DNA of 64,000 nucleotides from Candidatus Saccharimonadales bacterium (GTDB lineage Bacteria; Patescibacteriota; Saccharimonadia; Saccharimonadales; UBA4665): positions 5,593 to 69,592 of the forward strand of contig DATIJH010000005.1 in NCBI GenBank assembly GCA_035478835.1. The letters are read 5' to 3'. Shown here one piece after another: positions 27,318 to 35,974 of the stretch (the first letter of the stretch is position 1; the number at the start of each line of letters is the position of its first letter). The translations under genes were made by a program, and so were the position numbers. Under the pieces are notes generated by a model that was given only the letters and a program-made list of their open reading frames with translations, searched no databases and had not been told where the DNA came from.

Positions 27318-27392
27318 TGGTGCCCCCACCACGATTCGAACGTAGAGCTTCTCCTTAGGACGGAGTTGTTTTATCCATTGAACTATAGGGGC
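27318..27392 (-). tRNA. tRNA-Arg (anticodon CCT), CCA encoded
   Basis: GCCCCTA acceptor, anticodon loop GTCCTAA (unusual G32), T-loop TTCGAAT. Confidence 0.82.
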
Positions 27393-27469
27393 GAGTGAGA
27401 GGAAATATTTTATGCTTGTATAAAATATTTCCTCGAGTGAGCCCCGCTCTGCCACAGGCAGAGCGGGGC
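27393..27469. repeat. two tandem perfect hairpins, each preceded by the heptamer GAGTGAG
   Basis: GAGTGAG at 27393-27399 and 27435-27441. A 15-bp AT-rich perfect palindrome spans 27399-27434 (loop GCTTGT). A 13-bp GC-rich perfect palindrome GCCCCGCTCTGCC/GGCAGAGCGGGGC spans 27441-27469 (loop ACA). Confidence 0.8.
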
Positions 27470-27520
27470 GAAGCGCATGCTCCTTTATAGCACACCAAGA
27501 GGGTGCCTAAAAGGGGCGGC

Positions 27521-28027
27521 CTACTTGCTCTTCGGCTGCGTAAAGTGCGCGTGAACATTATCGTAGTTCACGATTTCTGATTCGTTGAACCAGTGGGCGA
27601 TCTCTTTCTCGGCTTCACCGGCGTCGGCAGAAGCATGCAAAACATTCGGCACGCCGCGCTCGGCCGCAGAGGCGTGGCCGTACGTCATGTGGGCGTAGTC
27701 GCCGCGGATAGTGCCGGGCGCTGCACTCTTCGGTTCGGTCGGGCCAACCATTTTGCGGACCTGCTCCACTGCCTCGATACCCTCAAGCACCATAGCAATC
27801 ACCGGGCCTTGCTGCATTTCGCGCATTTGGGTTTCAAAAATTTCTTCACCTTTGCGCGTCTTGAGCGTACCAATACCTTCGTAATGCTGGTAGTAGTGCT
27901 CGTAGTCCGGTTGGAGCATTTTGGCGGCGACAATTTTGAGGCCAACGCGCTCAAAGCGGGTCAGGATCTCGCCAACAACGCCACGCATTACGGCATCTGG
28001 TTTGAAGATGATTAACGTCTTCTGCAT
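27521..28027 (-). CDS. ndk: nucleoside-diphosphate kinase
   Basis: MQKTLIIFKPDAVMRGVVGEILTRFE...NVLHASD (active-site His). Confidence 0.92.
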   Translation of the reverse strand: MQKTLIIFKPDAVMRGVVGEILTRFERVGLKIVAAKMLQPDYEHYYQHYEGIGTLKTRKGEEIFETQMREMQQGPVIAMVLEGIEAVEQVRKMVGPTEPKSAAPGTIRGDYAHMTYGHASAAERGVPNVLHASADAGEAEKEIAHWFNESEIVNYDNVHAHFTQPKSK

Positions 28028-28142
28028 GTATGTCCTTTGCTTAGTTTTATCGCCCCTATTGTAACAGATGTAGGCGCTGCACCCTAGGCGTATTTTAGAG
28101 TTTTTATCGCTAACCGACGGCAGCGTGCGCTAAAATAAGGGT

Positions 28143-29060
28143 ATGCAGTTCCGCAAGGCCAAAACCGACTTCCTGGAATATCTCGAAATCGAGCAAAACC
28201 GTTCACAAAAAACAATCGGCAATTACGATCATTATCTTACGCGGCTCACCGACTTTGCCGGCGATATCCGCGTGGCCGACATTAACCCGGAACTTGTGCG
28301 TAAGTGGCGCCTGTGGCTCAACCGGCTGGGCACCAACGTGTCGGATGAGCTACAGAAGACGACGCAAAATTATCATTTAATTGCACTCCGCAGCTTCTTA
28401 AAATTTTGCACCAAACGCGACATTCCAGCCCTGCCCGCCGACAAAATTGAACTGGCACGCACCACACGCAAACAAGTCACATTTTTGAACGAAGAAGAAC
28501 TTGCTCGCATGTTCGCGCAGCCGGATTTGAACAAATTAGCAGGCCTGCGCGACCGCGCAATTTTAGAGCTGCTATTTTCGAGCGGTTTGCGCGTTTCGGA
28601 GCTGGTCGCACTCGACCGCGACCATATTAATTTAAAGCGGCGCGAATTTATGGTGCGCGGAAAAGGCCAAAAAGATCGCCCGATCTTTATTAGTCCAGAG
28701 GCGGCAAAATGGGTTGACCACTATCTGCAAAAGCGCGAGGATAACACTCGCCCGCTCTTTGTGCGCTACAGCGGGCGCAAGCAAATTGATCTCAGCGGCA
28801 ACTACCATCGGCTCACCGTGCGCAGCGTGCAGCGCCTGGTTTCGCACTACGCTCTTATGGCCGGAATCACCAAACATGTCAGCCCGCACACCCTGCGGCA
28901 CTCGTTTGCTACCGATCTCCTTATGAATGGCGCGGATTTGCGTTCCGTGCAGGCCATGCTGGGGCACAGCAATATTTCGACAACGCAGATTTATACGCAT
29001 GTCACCGACCCACATCTCAAGAGCGTTCACGAACGATTCCACAACCGACACGAAAAGTAA
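28143..29060 (+). CDS. xerC: XerC/XerD-type tyrosine site-specific recombinase
   Basis: 305 aa. It has an N-terminal SAM-like domain (FLEYLEIEQNRSQKTIGNYDHYL) and the catalytic residues LRVSEL, HTLRHSFATDLL and LGHSNISTTQIYTHV. Confidence 0.85.
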   Translation: MQFRKAKTDFLEYLEIEQNRSQKTIGNYDHYLTRLTDFAGDIRVADINPELVRKWRLWLNRLGTNVSDELQKTTQNYHLIALRSFLKFCTKRDIPALPADKIELARTTRKQVTFLNEEELARMFAQPDLNKLAGLRDRAILELLFSSGLRVSELVALDRDHINLKRREFMVRGKGQKDRPIFISPEAAKWVDHYLQKREDNTRPLFVRYSGRKQIDLSGNYHRLTVRSVQRLVSHYALMAGITKHVSPHTLRHSFATDLLMNGADLRSVQAMLGHSNISTTQIYTHVTDPHLKSVHERFHNRHEK

Positions 29061-29080
29061 GAAGTAACGCCACTTGTCTG

Positions 29081-30151
29081 TTACTGGCAGAGCCGGTCGG
29101 CTTGCGGGTCGCCCGTTACTGAGCCGGGGATACCCGGGTCGAGCGCAAAGTAATTACCCGTGACCGCAAATCGTTTGCAGACCGAGCCGAATGAGCTCAG
29201 CGCATTATCAGGGTTCGCATTACGGTCTGAGCGACCGGTAGCCGAAACGTACGTCTGGATACGGCGCAGCACGTCCTGCGCCTTGCCCGTAGAGTCAATA
29301 ACCACCTGCGCGCCGCTAAATTGCACGGCATTACCGTTAATGTCGGTGCCGTTAATTTGGAGCGGTACACCAACATACAGCGACATAAGCCGCAAATAGT
29401 ACGAGTTGTACACCTGCATACCGACGATATCCATCTGGCATTTGGCTGTTGTGCACGCCACGGATATCAAGTTACTTGGATTCGACGTACCCTGTGTATA
29501 CGTCACCTGTGTGCTGCCAAGGGCGCCAGAAACGGGCACGCCAAACGTGGTCATCGTGCGGCTGGCGAGCGTATTGGCCGTAAGTGCGCCATCGGTACCG
29601 ACAAGGTCAGTACGCATCACGCCGTACCCGCACTTCCAGTTTGCCGAGTCCGAGAAGACATTTAATGTGCCTGTTGGACATGCAGCCAGCGGCGAAGCCA
29701 CCGAGGCATTCGGCTCCCAGGTGAGCGTTAATTTTGCGATCGCTGGTCCTGCCGATTGAATTTTAACCACGGTTGAGTCCGTATTATCGATGCTATTGAA
29801 CTGCAATTGCGTTGGCGTTGGATTGACCAGCACGCAGCTGTAGCTCACATTATTTGCGGCATTAATAGTCGGGTTTAATAAGGAGTAGAACGCTCCGGTG
29901 TTAGCGCAGCTCGTTTTGGCGGGCGGCGTACCCTTTGAAAGCATGAGGTTTCGAACATCGTTCACGCCGGATTCAGCCGCGTAAAACGCCTGGGTACTCA
30001 GCTGCCGGTCGAGCACTTCGCGCTGGTTACGGCGCGAAATTTGTGCAAATCCGATCACGATCAAGCTCATCACAATCATCAGAATCATCGTGACCATAAT
30101 TGACACCATGCCGGCCTGGTTGGTCTGGAGTGTGGGACGTGTACGCTTCAT
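29081..30151 (-). CDS. PilX-N-domain pilus-associated protein (minor pilin-like, large)
   Basis: The N-terminus GMVSIMVTMILMIVMSLIVIGFAQISRRNQ...TQAFYAAESGVNDV matches the PilX N-terminal pattern. It is the last gene of the pilin cluster. Confidence 0.6.
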   Translation of the reverse strand: MKRTRPTLQTNQAGMVSIMVTMILMIVMSLIVIGFAQISRRNQREVLDRQLSTQAFYAAESGVNDVRNLMLSKGTPPAKTSCANTGAFYSLLNPTINAANNVSYSCVLVNPTPTQLQFNSIDNTDSTVVKIQSAGPAIAKLTLTWEPNASVASPLAACPTGTLNVFSDSANWKCGYGVMRTDLVGTDGALTANTLASRTMTTFGVPVSGALGSTQVTYTQGTSNPSNLISVACTTAKCQMDIVGMQVYNSYYLRLMSLYVGVPLQINGTDINGNAVQFSGAQVVIDSTGKAQDVLRRIQTYVSATGRSDRNANPDNALSSFGSVCKRFAVTGNYFALDPGIPGSVTGDPQADRLCQ

Positions 30152-30159
30152 GCTTATCC

Positions 30160-30822
30160 TTATTGTACCCTTTTTTCTATGGTCGTGTTGAATTCGGATA
30201 AGGCGCAGAATTGCGTGCCGCGGACGGCGTCCTTACAGGCAGTGTCGGGCGCCGTCGTATTAGTGAGCAGATCGTCATCACCATACACGACTTTGACGTC
30301 GATATTCCAGAGGTTGGTAGTGCCGGCGACGGGCTGTACGCTCAATTTGGAAAGACGCATATTCTGTCCGACGAGCTCGCGGCTGTTCGCGATCGTCTGC
30401 GTCGTAACCAGATTGGCAACCGGGCTCACCGGGCCGCCACAACCGGCAGCGCTCGTTACAACCAGCGCGTGATACGCCTGTTTATTGCCGGAGGTCTTGG
30501 TGTCAACCACCTGGTAACCGAGCGTGTAACTAAATAGCTGATTGCCGATACAGAATGCGTATGATTGTCCGGGTGTCGTACCGCTGCTAGCCTGAATATT
30601 TCCGGTACCACCGAACTGAATGGCCTGCGAAATATTATCTACGATGCTGCGCGCCGTGTTCTGCGTATTGGTTTCGGTGATGCCCTTATAATAAACGCGT
30701 GTAATTTGCATGACCGCAAAGGTAACCATCAGCAAAACGATCGAAAAAATCGCCGTAGCAATCAGCAGCTCAATAACCGTAAATCCACGCTGCGAAAACC
30801 GGCCATGCATTACCCTGCTCAT
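30160..30822 (-). CDS. type IV minor pilin (PilW-like)
   Basis: Prepilin signal ...SQRG|FTVIELLIATAIFSIVLL (G-1, F+1, E+5). Confidence 0.75.
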   Translation of the reverse strand: MSRVMHGRFSQRGFTVIELLIATAIFSIVLLMVTFAVMQITRVYYKGITETNTQNTARSIVDNISQAIQFGGTGNIQASSGTTPGQSYAFCIGNQLFSYTLGYQVVDTKTSGNKQAYHALVVTSAAGCGGPVSPVANLVTTQTIANSRELVGQNMRLSKLSVQPVAGTTNLWNIDVKVVYGDDDLLTNTTAPDTACKDAVRGTQFCALSEFNTTIEKRVQ

Positions 30823-31292
30823 TGCGGATACACCCTGTAGTTCATTTGTATGCCGTCATTCTGGTTGCCGCTCACATCGAACCAGTCAGCAGCAATCTGG
30901 AAATTATCGGTCGTGGGCTCGGTGATAGCGATCTTGTACGCCGGCTGATCGGTGGCCGACGCAGTCACGCCTTGATTGTTGAGCGAGCAAGGGTTGCCTG
31001 GACTGATCGCGCTAACCGGGGCTGGTTTGCCACCGCCGTTCAAGATACAAAACGTTGCGGGTGCCGTGGCCAGACCGCCGGGCTGATCGGCCAGCGCCTT
31101 GAGCTCTTCGAGCTGTCCTTCGACCAGTTTTATAGCCACGCCTTGCTCCTGCGCGCTGCGCGAAGCCTGTAAACTGCGGTTGGTGGTTACATATGCGCCG
31201 CCAAGCACCATACTAACGACGGCGATTGCGATAAGAACCTCCACAATTGTGTCACCGCGTTCATTGCTAGTTTTTTGCTTTATGTGCCACAT
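30819..31292 (-). CDS. type IV minor pilin (PilV-like) with Asp at +1
   Basis: ...SNERG|DTIVEVLIAIAVVSMVLGG. E+5 is present, and the +1 residue is D rather than F/M/L. Confidence 0.65.
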   Translation of the reverse strand: MWHIKQKTSNERGDTIVEVLIAIAVVSMVLGGAYVTTNRSLQASRSAQEQGVAIKLVEGQLEELKALADQPGGLATAPATFCILNGGGKPAPVSAISPGNPCSLNNQGVTASATDQPAYKIAITEPTTDNFQIAADWFDVSGNQNDGIQMNYRVYPQ

Positions 31293-31293
31293 A

Positions 31294-32154
31294 TCAGCAA
31301 CTCGACCCCGCCTTTATAGCTAGCGTTACGCCGAGTTCACGGCCGCTCGTGCCATTATTACCGATAGTGATTAAGCCCGATTGATTGGTACCACCGCTTG
31401 CAAAACAGATCTCCACGCCGCCGGACGGATTCACGATAGCTGCGGCGCTGCGCAGTACCGTTTGCGTGCGGCCGATCGTTGTTGCAGTAGTCTGCGTCAG
31501 CGTGGTGCTAGTGATGGGCACTATATTGACCTGCTGAGTGCCCGATAAAACGCCAGAGCTATTAACTTGGCCGAGCGTACTTACAAAAGCCAAGGCTGAA
31601 ATTTTGTTGGCTTTATTGTTGTTGTACCACATGCCCGCAGTCGTAAGACCGCCCTCTAACGGTGTAGTGGTCGTAGAAGTCGGGATAACCGTTGCCACGG
31701 TGTTTGCAAGCGACATAATCTGATTGCCGCTTGCGTCGGCCCGCAAACCGGTAAGCGAGAATGTAGCGAATTGCTCGGGAGTCGTACTGCCGGTGACACC
31801 GGAGCCAAAACGCACCGTCTTGCCCAAGAACAAACAATCGCCGTTCGTACCTTGGGCAGCTGCTGTGCCGCTTATTACCAAGCTACTGCCGCTGCGCTTA
31901 CAGCTAAAGTTGCTGAGGTTTGGGTAAAAGCCGGTTGCCACATCGTTAATAATCTGCTCCATCTGGGATTGCAGCTGCTGCATGCCCTGTTGAAACGCGG
32001 CTTGGTTCTGCTTGCCGCTGATAAGCGTAGCCGCACTCACGAACAGCAGGCCGGTCACGGCCAGTACGATCATTACCTCTACCACAGTGAATCCGGCGCG
32101 CTCTTGCCACCGTAAATGCCCCTGCTTGGAGTTAGCCTGCAAGCCACCCTTCAT
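31294..32154 (-). CDS. type IV minor pilin (FimU/GspH-like)
   Basis: ...QERAG|FTVVEVMIVLAVTGLLFV. Confidence 0.7.
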   Translation of the reverse strand: MKGGLQANSKQGHLRWQERAGFTVVEVMIVLAVTGLLFVSAATLISGKQNQAAFQQGMQQLQSQMEQIINDVATGFYPNLSNFSCKRSGSSLVISGTAAAQGTNGDCLFLGKTVRFGSGVTGSTTPEQFATFSLTGLRADASGNQIMSLANTVATVIPTSTTTTPLEGGLTTAGMWYNNNKANKISALAFVSTLGQVNSSGVLSGTQQVNIVPITSTTLTQTTATTIGRTQTVLRSAAAIVNPSGGVEICFASGGTNQSGLITIGNNGTSGRELGVTLAIKAGSSC

Positions 32155-32198
32155 ACGCCACAGTATACCATAAGCAGCTTGCGATAATCACTTGTTTT

Positions 32199-32987
32199 TT
32201 AGCGATATAAAAGCCCAGTGTACCAATGCGCGATATGCGTGCCAAAAAGCTGTACTACAATCAACCCAAAAATCAAAAAGGGACCGAACGGAAGTTGCGT
32301 TTTGCGCCCTGCCTTGCCCGTAATAAGCATGGGCAGTGCTGCAACCATCCCCGAAAACGACGCTGCAAATAATAGAATGACGGCCTGGAGCGGACCACCC
32401 GCAAGCAGGCCAAGCACAAGTCCAAGCTTTACGTCACCGCCGCCAATCCACGTACCATTTGAGATACGAAAAATCGCATAAAAAAGGCCGGCGATAATCA
32501 GCACGCCTGTCAGCGCACCAAGCGCCGTATGCCAGCCGCCGCCAAAAATAGTGCTCAGTGCCGCAACTTGCAGCACGGCAAGTACAGCAAGCGGAAATAC
32601 GATTTTGTCCGGCAACAAATACCAGCGGATATCGTAGCTGATAAGCGCTATAAATCCAACGCTAAACACTAGCCACAAAATAAACCGCAGCAGCCCGCCA
32701 CCCTCTAAAGCAACTGGCCAGAAAAAGTACGAGACCAGGAAGAGCGCCATGGTGCCAAGCTCCACCAGCGGCGTGTCGTCGATTTTTTTGTGGCAGTACC
32801 GGCACTTGCCGCGCAGCGCCAGCCAGCTCAGTACCGGAACTAGATCTTTGGCCGCAAGTTTGTGGTGACAATGCGTGCATTCCGAGCGATCGTTCAGCCA
32901 GTCTTTGCCCTCATGCAGGCGCCAGACTAAGGCATTTACAAAACTACCGAATATAAGCCCGAGCGCTGCAAGCATAACAATAATCAT
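32199..32987 (-). CDS. pilD: prepilin peptidase (A24 family)
   Basis: N-terminal Cys motif CTHCHHKL...CRYCHKKI, multiple TM helices and GGGDVKL (catalytic Asp). Confidence 0.88.
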   Translation of the reverse strand: MIIVMLAALGLIFGSFVNALVWRLHEGKDWLNDRSECTHCHHKLAAKDLVPVLSWLALRGKCRYCHKKIDDTPLVELGTMALFLVSYFFWPVALEGGGLLRFILWLVFSVGFIALISYDIRWYLLPDKIVFPLAVLAVLQVAALSTIFGGGWHTALGALTGVLIIAGLFYAIFRISNGTWIGGGDVKLGLVLGLLAGGPLQAVILLFAASFSGMVAALPMLITGKAGRKTQLPFGPFLIFGLIVVQLFGTHIAHWYTGLLYR

Positions 32988-33043
32988 GCCACCATCGTAT
33001 CATACGATGCCGCATCGGCCACAACCCGCGGAGTGCAATGCCC

Positions 33044-33080
33044 GAAAAATAAAACGGGTCCACTCAGTGAACCCGTTTTG
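33044..33080 (-). terminator. intrinsic terminator after pilA
   Basis: On the minus strand, AAAACGGGT-TCACTGAGTGG-ACCCGTTTT is followed by ATTTTT. Confidence 0.75.
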
Positions 33081-33096
33081 AGACGACAGTACTAAG

Positions 33097-33579
33097 CTAG
33101 GAGGCCTGGCACTGGAATGCGTTGTTCTCAACTTTAAAGAGAGCAACAAAGCTGCGTGAAGTACCGGCAACGGCGTCGTTACCACCCGTACCACCACAGA
33201 CGGCGCCTTCGACGATCACAACTTGGTCAGTCGTAGTACCGTTGGTCTGCGCAGTGTTGGAAACGCTGATCTTGCTTGCGTCGTAGTACGACAAGCTAAC
33301 TGGCACGGTGTTACTACCGCTGCCACCGATGGTTGCGCTCGTACCAGAGCCCAAGTTGCTGGCAGTTGCTGGCAAAGCACCGTTGTTGTTGTTGACGTAT
33401 TCACTCATACCGCCTAGGAGGCTTGAGATGTCATGACGGCGCTGCGTGTTGCGGGCGTTACGCTGCAAGGCAGGTACGGCCAAGAAGACGATCAGCATGA
33501 TCAAGCCTGCGATGGCAAGCACGATCAACACCTCGATGATGGTGAAACCGCTTTGACGTTTATGTTTTTTCGAAAGCAT
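33097..33579 (-). CDS. pilA: type IV major pilin
   Basis: MLSKKHKRQSG|FTIIEVLIVLAIAGLIMLIVFL with a C-terminal Cys pair. It has its own promoter and terminator. Confidence 0.85.
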   Translation of the reverse strand: MLSKKHKRQSGFTIIEVLIVLAIAGLIMLIVFLAVPALQRNARNTQRRHDISSLLGGMSEYVNNNNGALPATASNLGSGTSATIGGSGSNTVPVSLSYYDASKISVSNTAQTNGTTTDQVVIVEGAVCGGTGGNDAVAGTSRSFVALFKVENNAFQCQAS

Positions 33580-33620
33580 GCAAATGCCCCCTTTGCTTAG
33601 CTTTTAATGGTAATGCTTAG

Positions 33621-33649
33621 ATAATACGGTCGTTGTAAATAAAATGCAA
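33621..33649 (-). promoter_or_regulatory. sigma70-like promoter of pilA
   Basis: On the minus strand, TTGCAT (33649-33644), a 17-nt spacer and TATTAT (33626-33621). SD AAGGGGG precedes the ATG. Confidence 0.55.
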
Positions 33650-33675
33650 GTACTTTTCGAGCGATATATCGCACG

Positions 33676-34890
33676 TTACTGCACAAATGACTTACCGGCC
33701 AAGCCGTAAATTGGCAGCAGCACGGCCGCGACGATAATAAATGCCACGACACCGAGGATTACCATCATGACCGGTTCGATAATAGTGGAGATGGATTTGA
33801 CCTCGTCATCGACTTCTTTTTCGTAGTACTCGGCGGTCTTGGCAAGCATTTGCTCGAGCGAGCCGGACTGTTCACCAATGCGCACCATGTTTGGCACAAG
33901 TTCCAGGAAGTTGGGGTCGTTTTGCAACGAGTCCGAAAGCGCTTTACCACCCTTTACCTTGTCGATGGCCCGGTTCAGCGAAGTCAGAATATGCACGTTG
34001 TTAATCGCACTGCCGGTAATTTCAAGCACTTGGATCAGCGGCACGCCACTCGCCACCAGTGTAGTGCCGGTACGCGCAAAACGTGCCATATAAACCTTCA
34101 TGAACAGCGGTCCAATCGGCCAAGCCTTCATTTTGAGCTTGTCGATCACCTGCTTACCAGGGCCGGTACGCGCCCAACGCGTCGTAAAGAAGCCGCCGAG
34201 CCCCAAGGCCAGCAACACAACCCACCAATAGTGAACCACGAAGTGCGAAATGCTTAGCAAAATCTGTGTTATAAGCGGCAGTGTCGCGCCTGGGATGCCG
34301 ATGTACAGCGTTTGCACCTGCGGCAGCACCTTAACAAGCATAAAGCCCACCACACCAACCATCACAAGCAGCACGATAAGCGGATAAATCATAGCGCCGC
34401 GGATTTTGCTGGCCAGGTCGGCGTCTTTTTCTTGCTGGATCGCCAGTCGTTCCAGAGCCTTGTCGAGCGTACCCGAGGCTTCACCGGCCGCAATCAGACT
34501 CACATATACCTGATTGAACGCTTCGGGATGTTTCGCCATCGAGGCCGACAGCGTCGCGCCGGCTTCGACGTTGCTTATCACTTGGTTAATGACTACTTTG
34601 AGCGGCTTGCTGGTAGTTTGGCTGCTGACGGTACGCAAGCTTTGCACCAGCGGTAAACCGGCATTAATTAACGTCGAGAGCTGGCGCGAAAACAGCACTT
34701 TGTCTTTGGCGCGGATCCGGTGAAAACGGCCAGTTTTGGCTAGCCCCTTGTCACTCAAATGAATGTCGATCGGCACCAAACCTTCCTGTTTGATGAGCTT
34801 TGCGGCAGCTTGCTCGTTCTCGGCCTCAACATCGGCCTTGGTGTATTGGCCGGTTGCGGGGTCGCGGGCGGTATAGTGGTATGACAGCAT
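33676..34890 (-). CDS. pilC: type IV pilus platform protein (GspF family)
   Basis: 404 aa. It has two GspF repeats (FSRQLSTLINAGLPLVQSL; FARTGTTLVASGVPLIQVL) and 3 TM helices. Confidence 0.9.
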   Translation of the reverse strand: MLSYHYTARDPATGQYTKADVEAENEQAAAKLIKQEGLVPIDIHLSDKGLAKTGRFHRIRAKDKVLFSRQLSTLINAGLPLVQSLRTVSSQTTSKPLKVVINQVISNVEAGATLSASMAKHPEAFNQVYVSLIAAGEASGTLDKALERLAIQQEKDADLASKIRGAMIYPLIVLLVMVGVVGFMLVKVLPQVQTLYIGIPGATLPLITQILLSISHFVVHYWWVVLLALGLGGFFTTRWARTGPGKQVIDKLKMKAWPIGPLFMKVYMARFARTGTTLVASGVPLIQVLEITGSAINNVHILTSLNRAIDKVKGGKALSDSLQNDPNFLELVPNMVRIGEQSGSLEQMLAKTAEYYEKEVDDEVKSISTIIEPVMMVILGVVAFIIVAAVLLPIYGLAGKSFVQ

Positions 34891-34894
34891 GTGC

Positions 34895-35962
34895 CTAGCT
34901 CCTCATGAGCCTATCAAGTTCATCGAGGTCAACGGCCACGTTGCGGGCGTCCTCGTAACTGACCGTGCCGGCGTGCACCAAGCTGGCCAACGTTTTGTCC
35001 ATGGATTGCATGCCGTGCTCGGCGCCAGTCTGGATAACAGCTTCGAGCTGGTGGGTCTTGCCTTCGCGGATAATGTTACGGACGGCTGGCGTGGCGATCA
35101 GGATCTCCGCGGCCGCAATACGTCCGCCCCCGATGGCCGGCACCAGGCGCTGCGAGCAAATCGCCATCAGGATGTTGGAAAGCTGTGCACGAATCTGCGG
35201 CTGCTGGTGCGGCGGAAACACGTCGATCATGCGGTCAATACTTTGCGCCGCGCTGTTGGTGTGCAAGGTCGCAAACACCAGGTGTCCGGTTTCGGCGATC
35301 GTAATTGCCGAAGCAATTGTTTCGAGGTCGCGCATCTCGCCGATCAGCACGACGTCCGGGTCTTCGCGGAGTGCCGAGCGGAGTGCCGCGCTAAAACTAT
35401 AGGTGTCATAGTGGACCTCGCGCTGCACGATCACTGATTTTTTGGAGCGGTGCGTGTACTCGATCGGGTCTTCGATGGTGATAATGTGCTCGGCGCGCTC
35501 GTTGTTGATCTGATGGATCATGGCCGCCAGCGTCGTCGACTTACCGGAGCCGGTCGGACCGGTCACTAACACCAGACCGCGCGGATAGTTGGCAAACTTG
35601 CTGACCACCGCCGGCAAACCAAGCTGCTCAACCGACAAAATGTCATTGTTGATAAGGCGGAGGGCTGCAGCCAGGTTGCCGCGCTCATGAAAAGCGTTTA
35701 CACGAAAACGACCAAGATCGCCGAAGGCAAAGCTAAAGTCGAATTCTTTGTCTTTTAGCAAAATCTGCTTCTGGTCTTCGTCTAAAATTGCAAAGATCAA
35801 CGACTCGACAGCCTCATCGGTCAAAACATCGGCACCGGATACTGCGGCGAGCGCGCCGTCAACGCGCAGCATCGGCGGTAAACCAACCTGCAAGTGCAAG
35901 TCGGACGCCTTCTTTTTGACGACCTCTTCCAGTAGTACTTCGATTCTTGGTTGCCCTTGCAT
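34895..35962 (-). CDS. pilT: twitching-motility retraction ATPase
   Basis: 355 aa. It has ASDLHLQVGLPPMLRVDG, VTGPTGSGKSTTLAAMI, DPDVVLIGEMRD, GHLVFATLHT and AIRNIIREGK-like motifs. Confidence 0.9.
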   Translation of the reverse strand: MQGQPRIEVLLEEVVKKKASDLHLQVGLPPMLRVDGALAAVSGADVLTDEAVESLIFAILDEDQKQILLKDKEFDFSFAFGDLGRFRVNAFHERGNLAAALRLINNDILSVEQLGLPAVVSKFANYPRGLVLVTGPTGSGKSTTLAAMIHQINNERAEHIITIEDPIEYTHRSKKSVIVQREVHYDTYSFSAALRSALREDPDVVLIGEMRDLETIASAITIAETGHLVFATLHTNSAAQSIDRMIDVFPPHQQPQIRAQLSNILMAICSQRLVPAIGGGRIAAAEILIATPAVRNIIREGKTHQLEAVIQTGAEHGMQSMDKTLASLVHAGTVSYEDARNVAVDLDELDRLMRS

Positions 35963-35974
35963 TCCACCCTCTCC

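Noticed and set aside
28143-29060. Tyrosine recombinase as a marker of a mobile element carrying the pilus locus.
   Set aside because: The sequence has the typical chromosomal XerC/XerD architecture and size. It converges on the pilus genes rather than flanking them with att-like repeats, and no other mobility genes are present.
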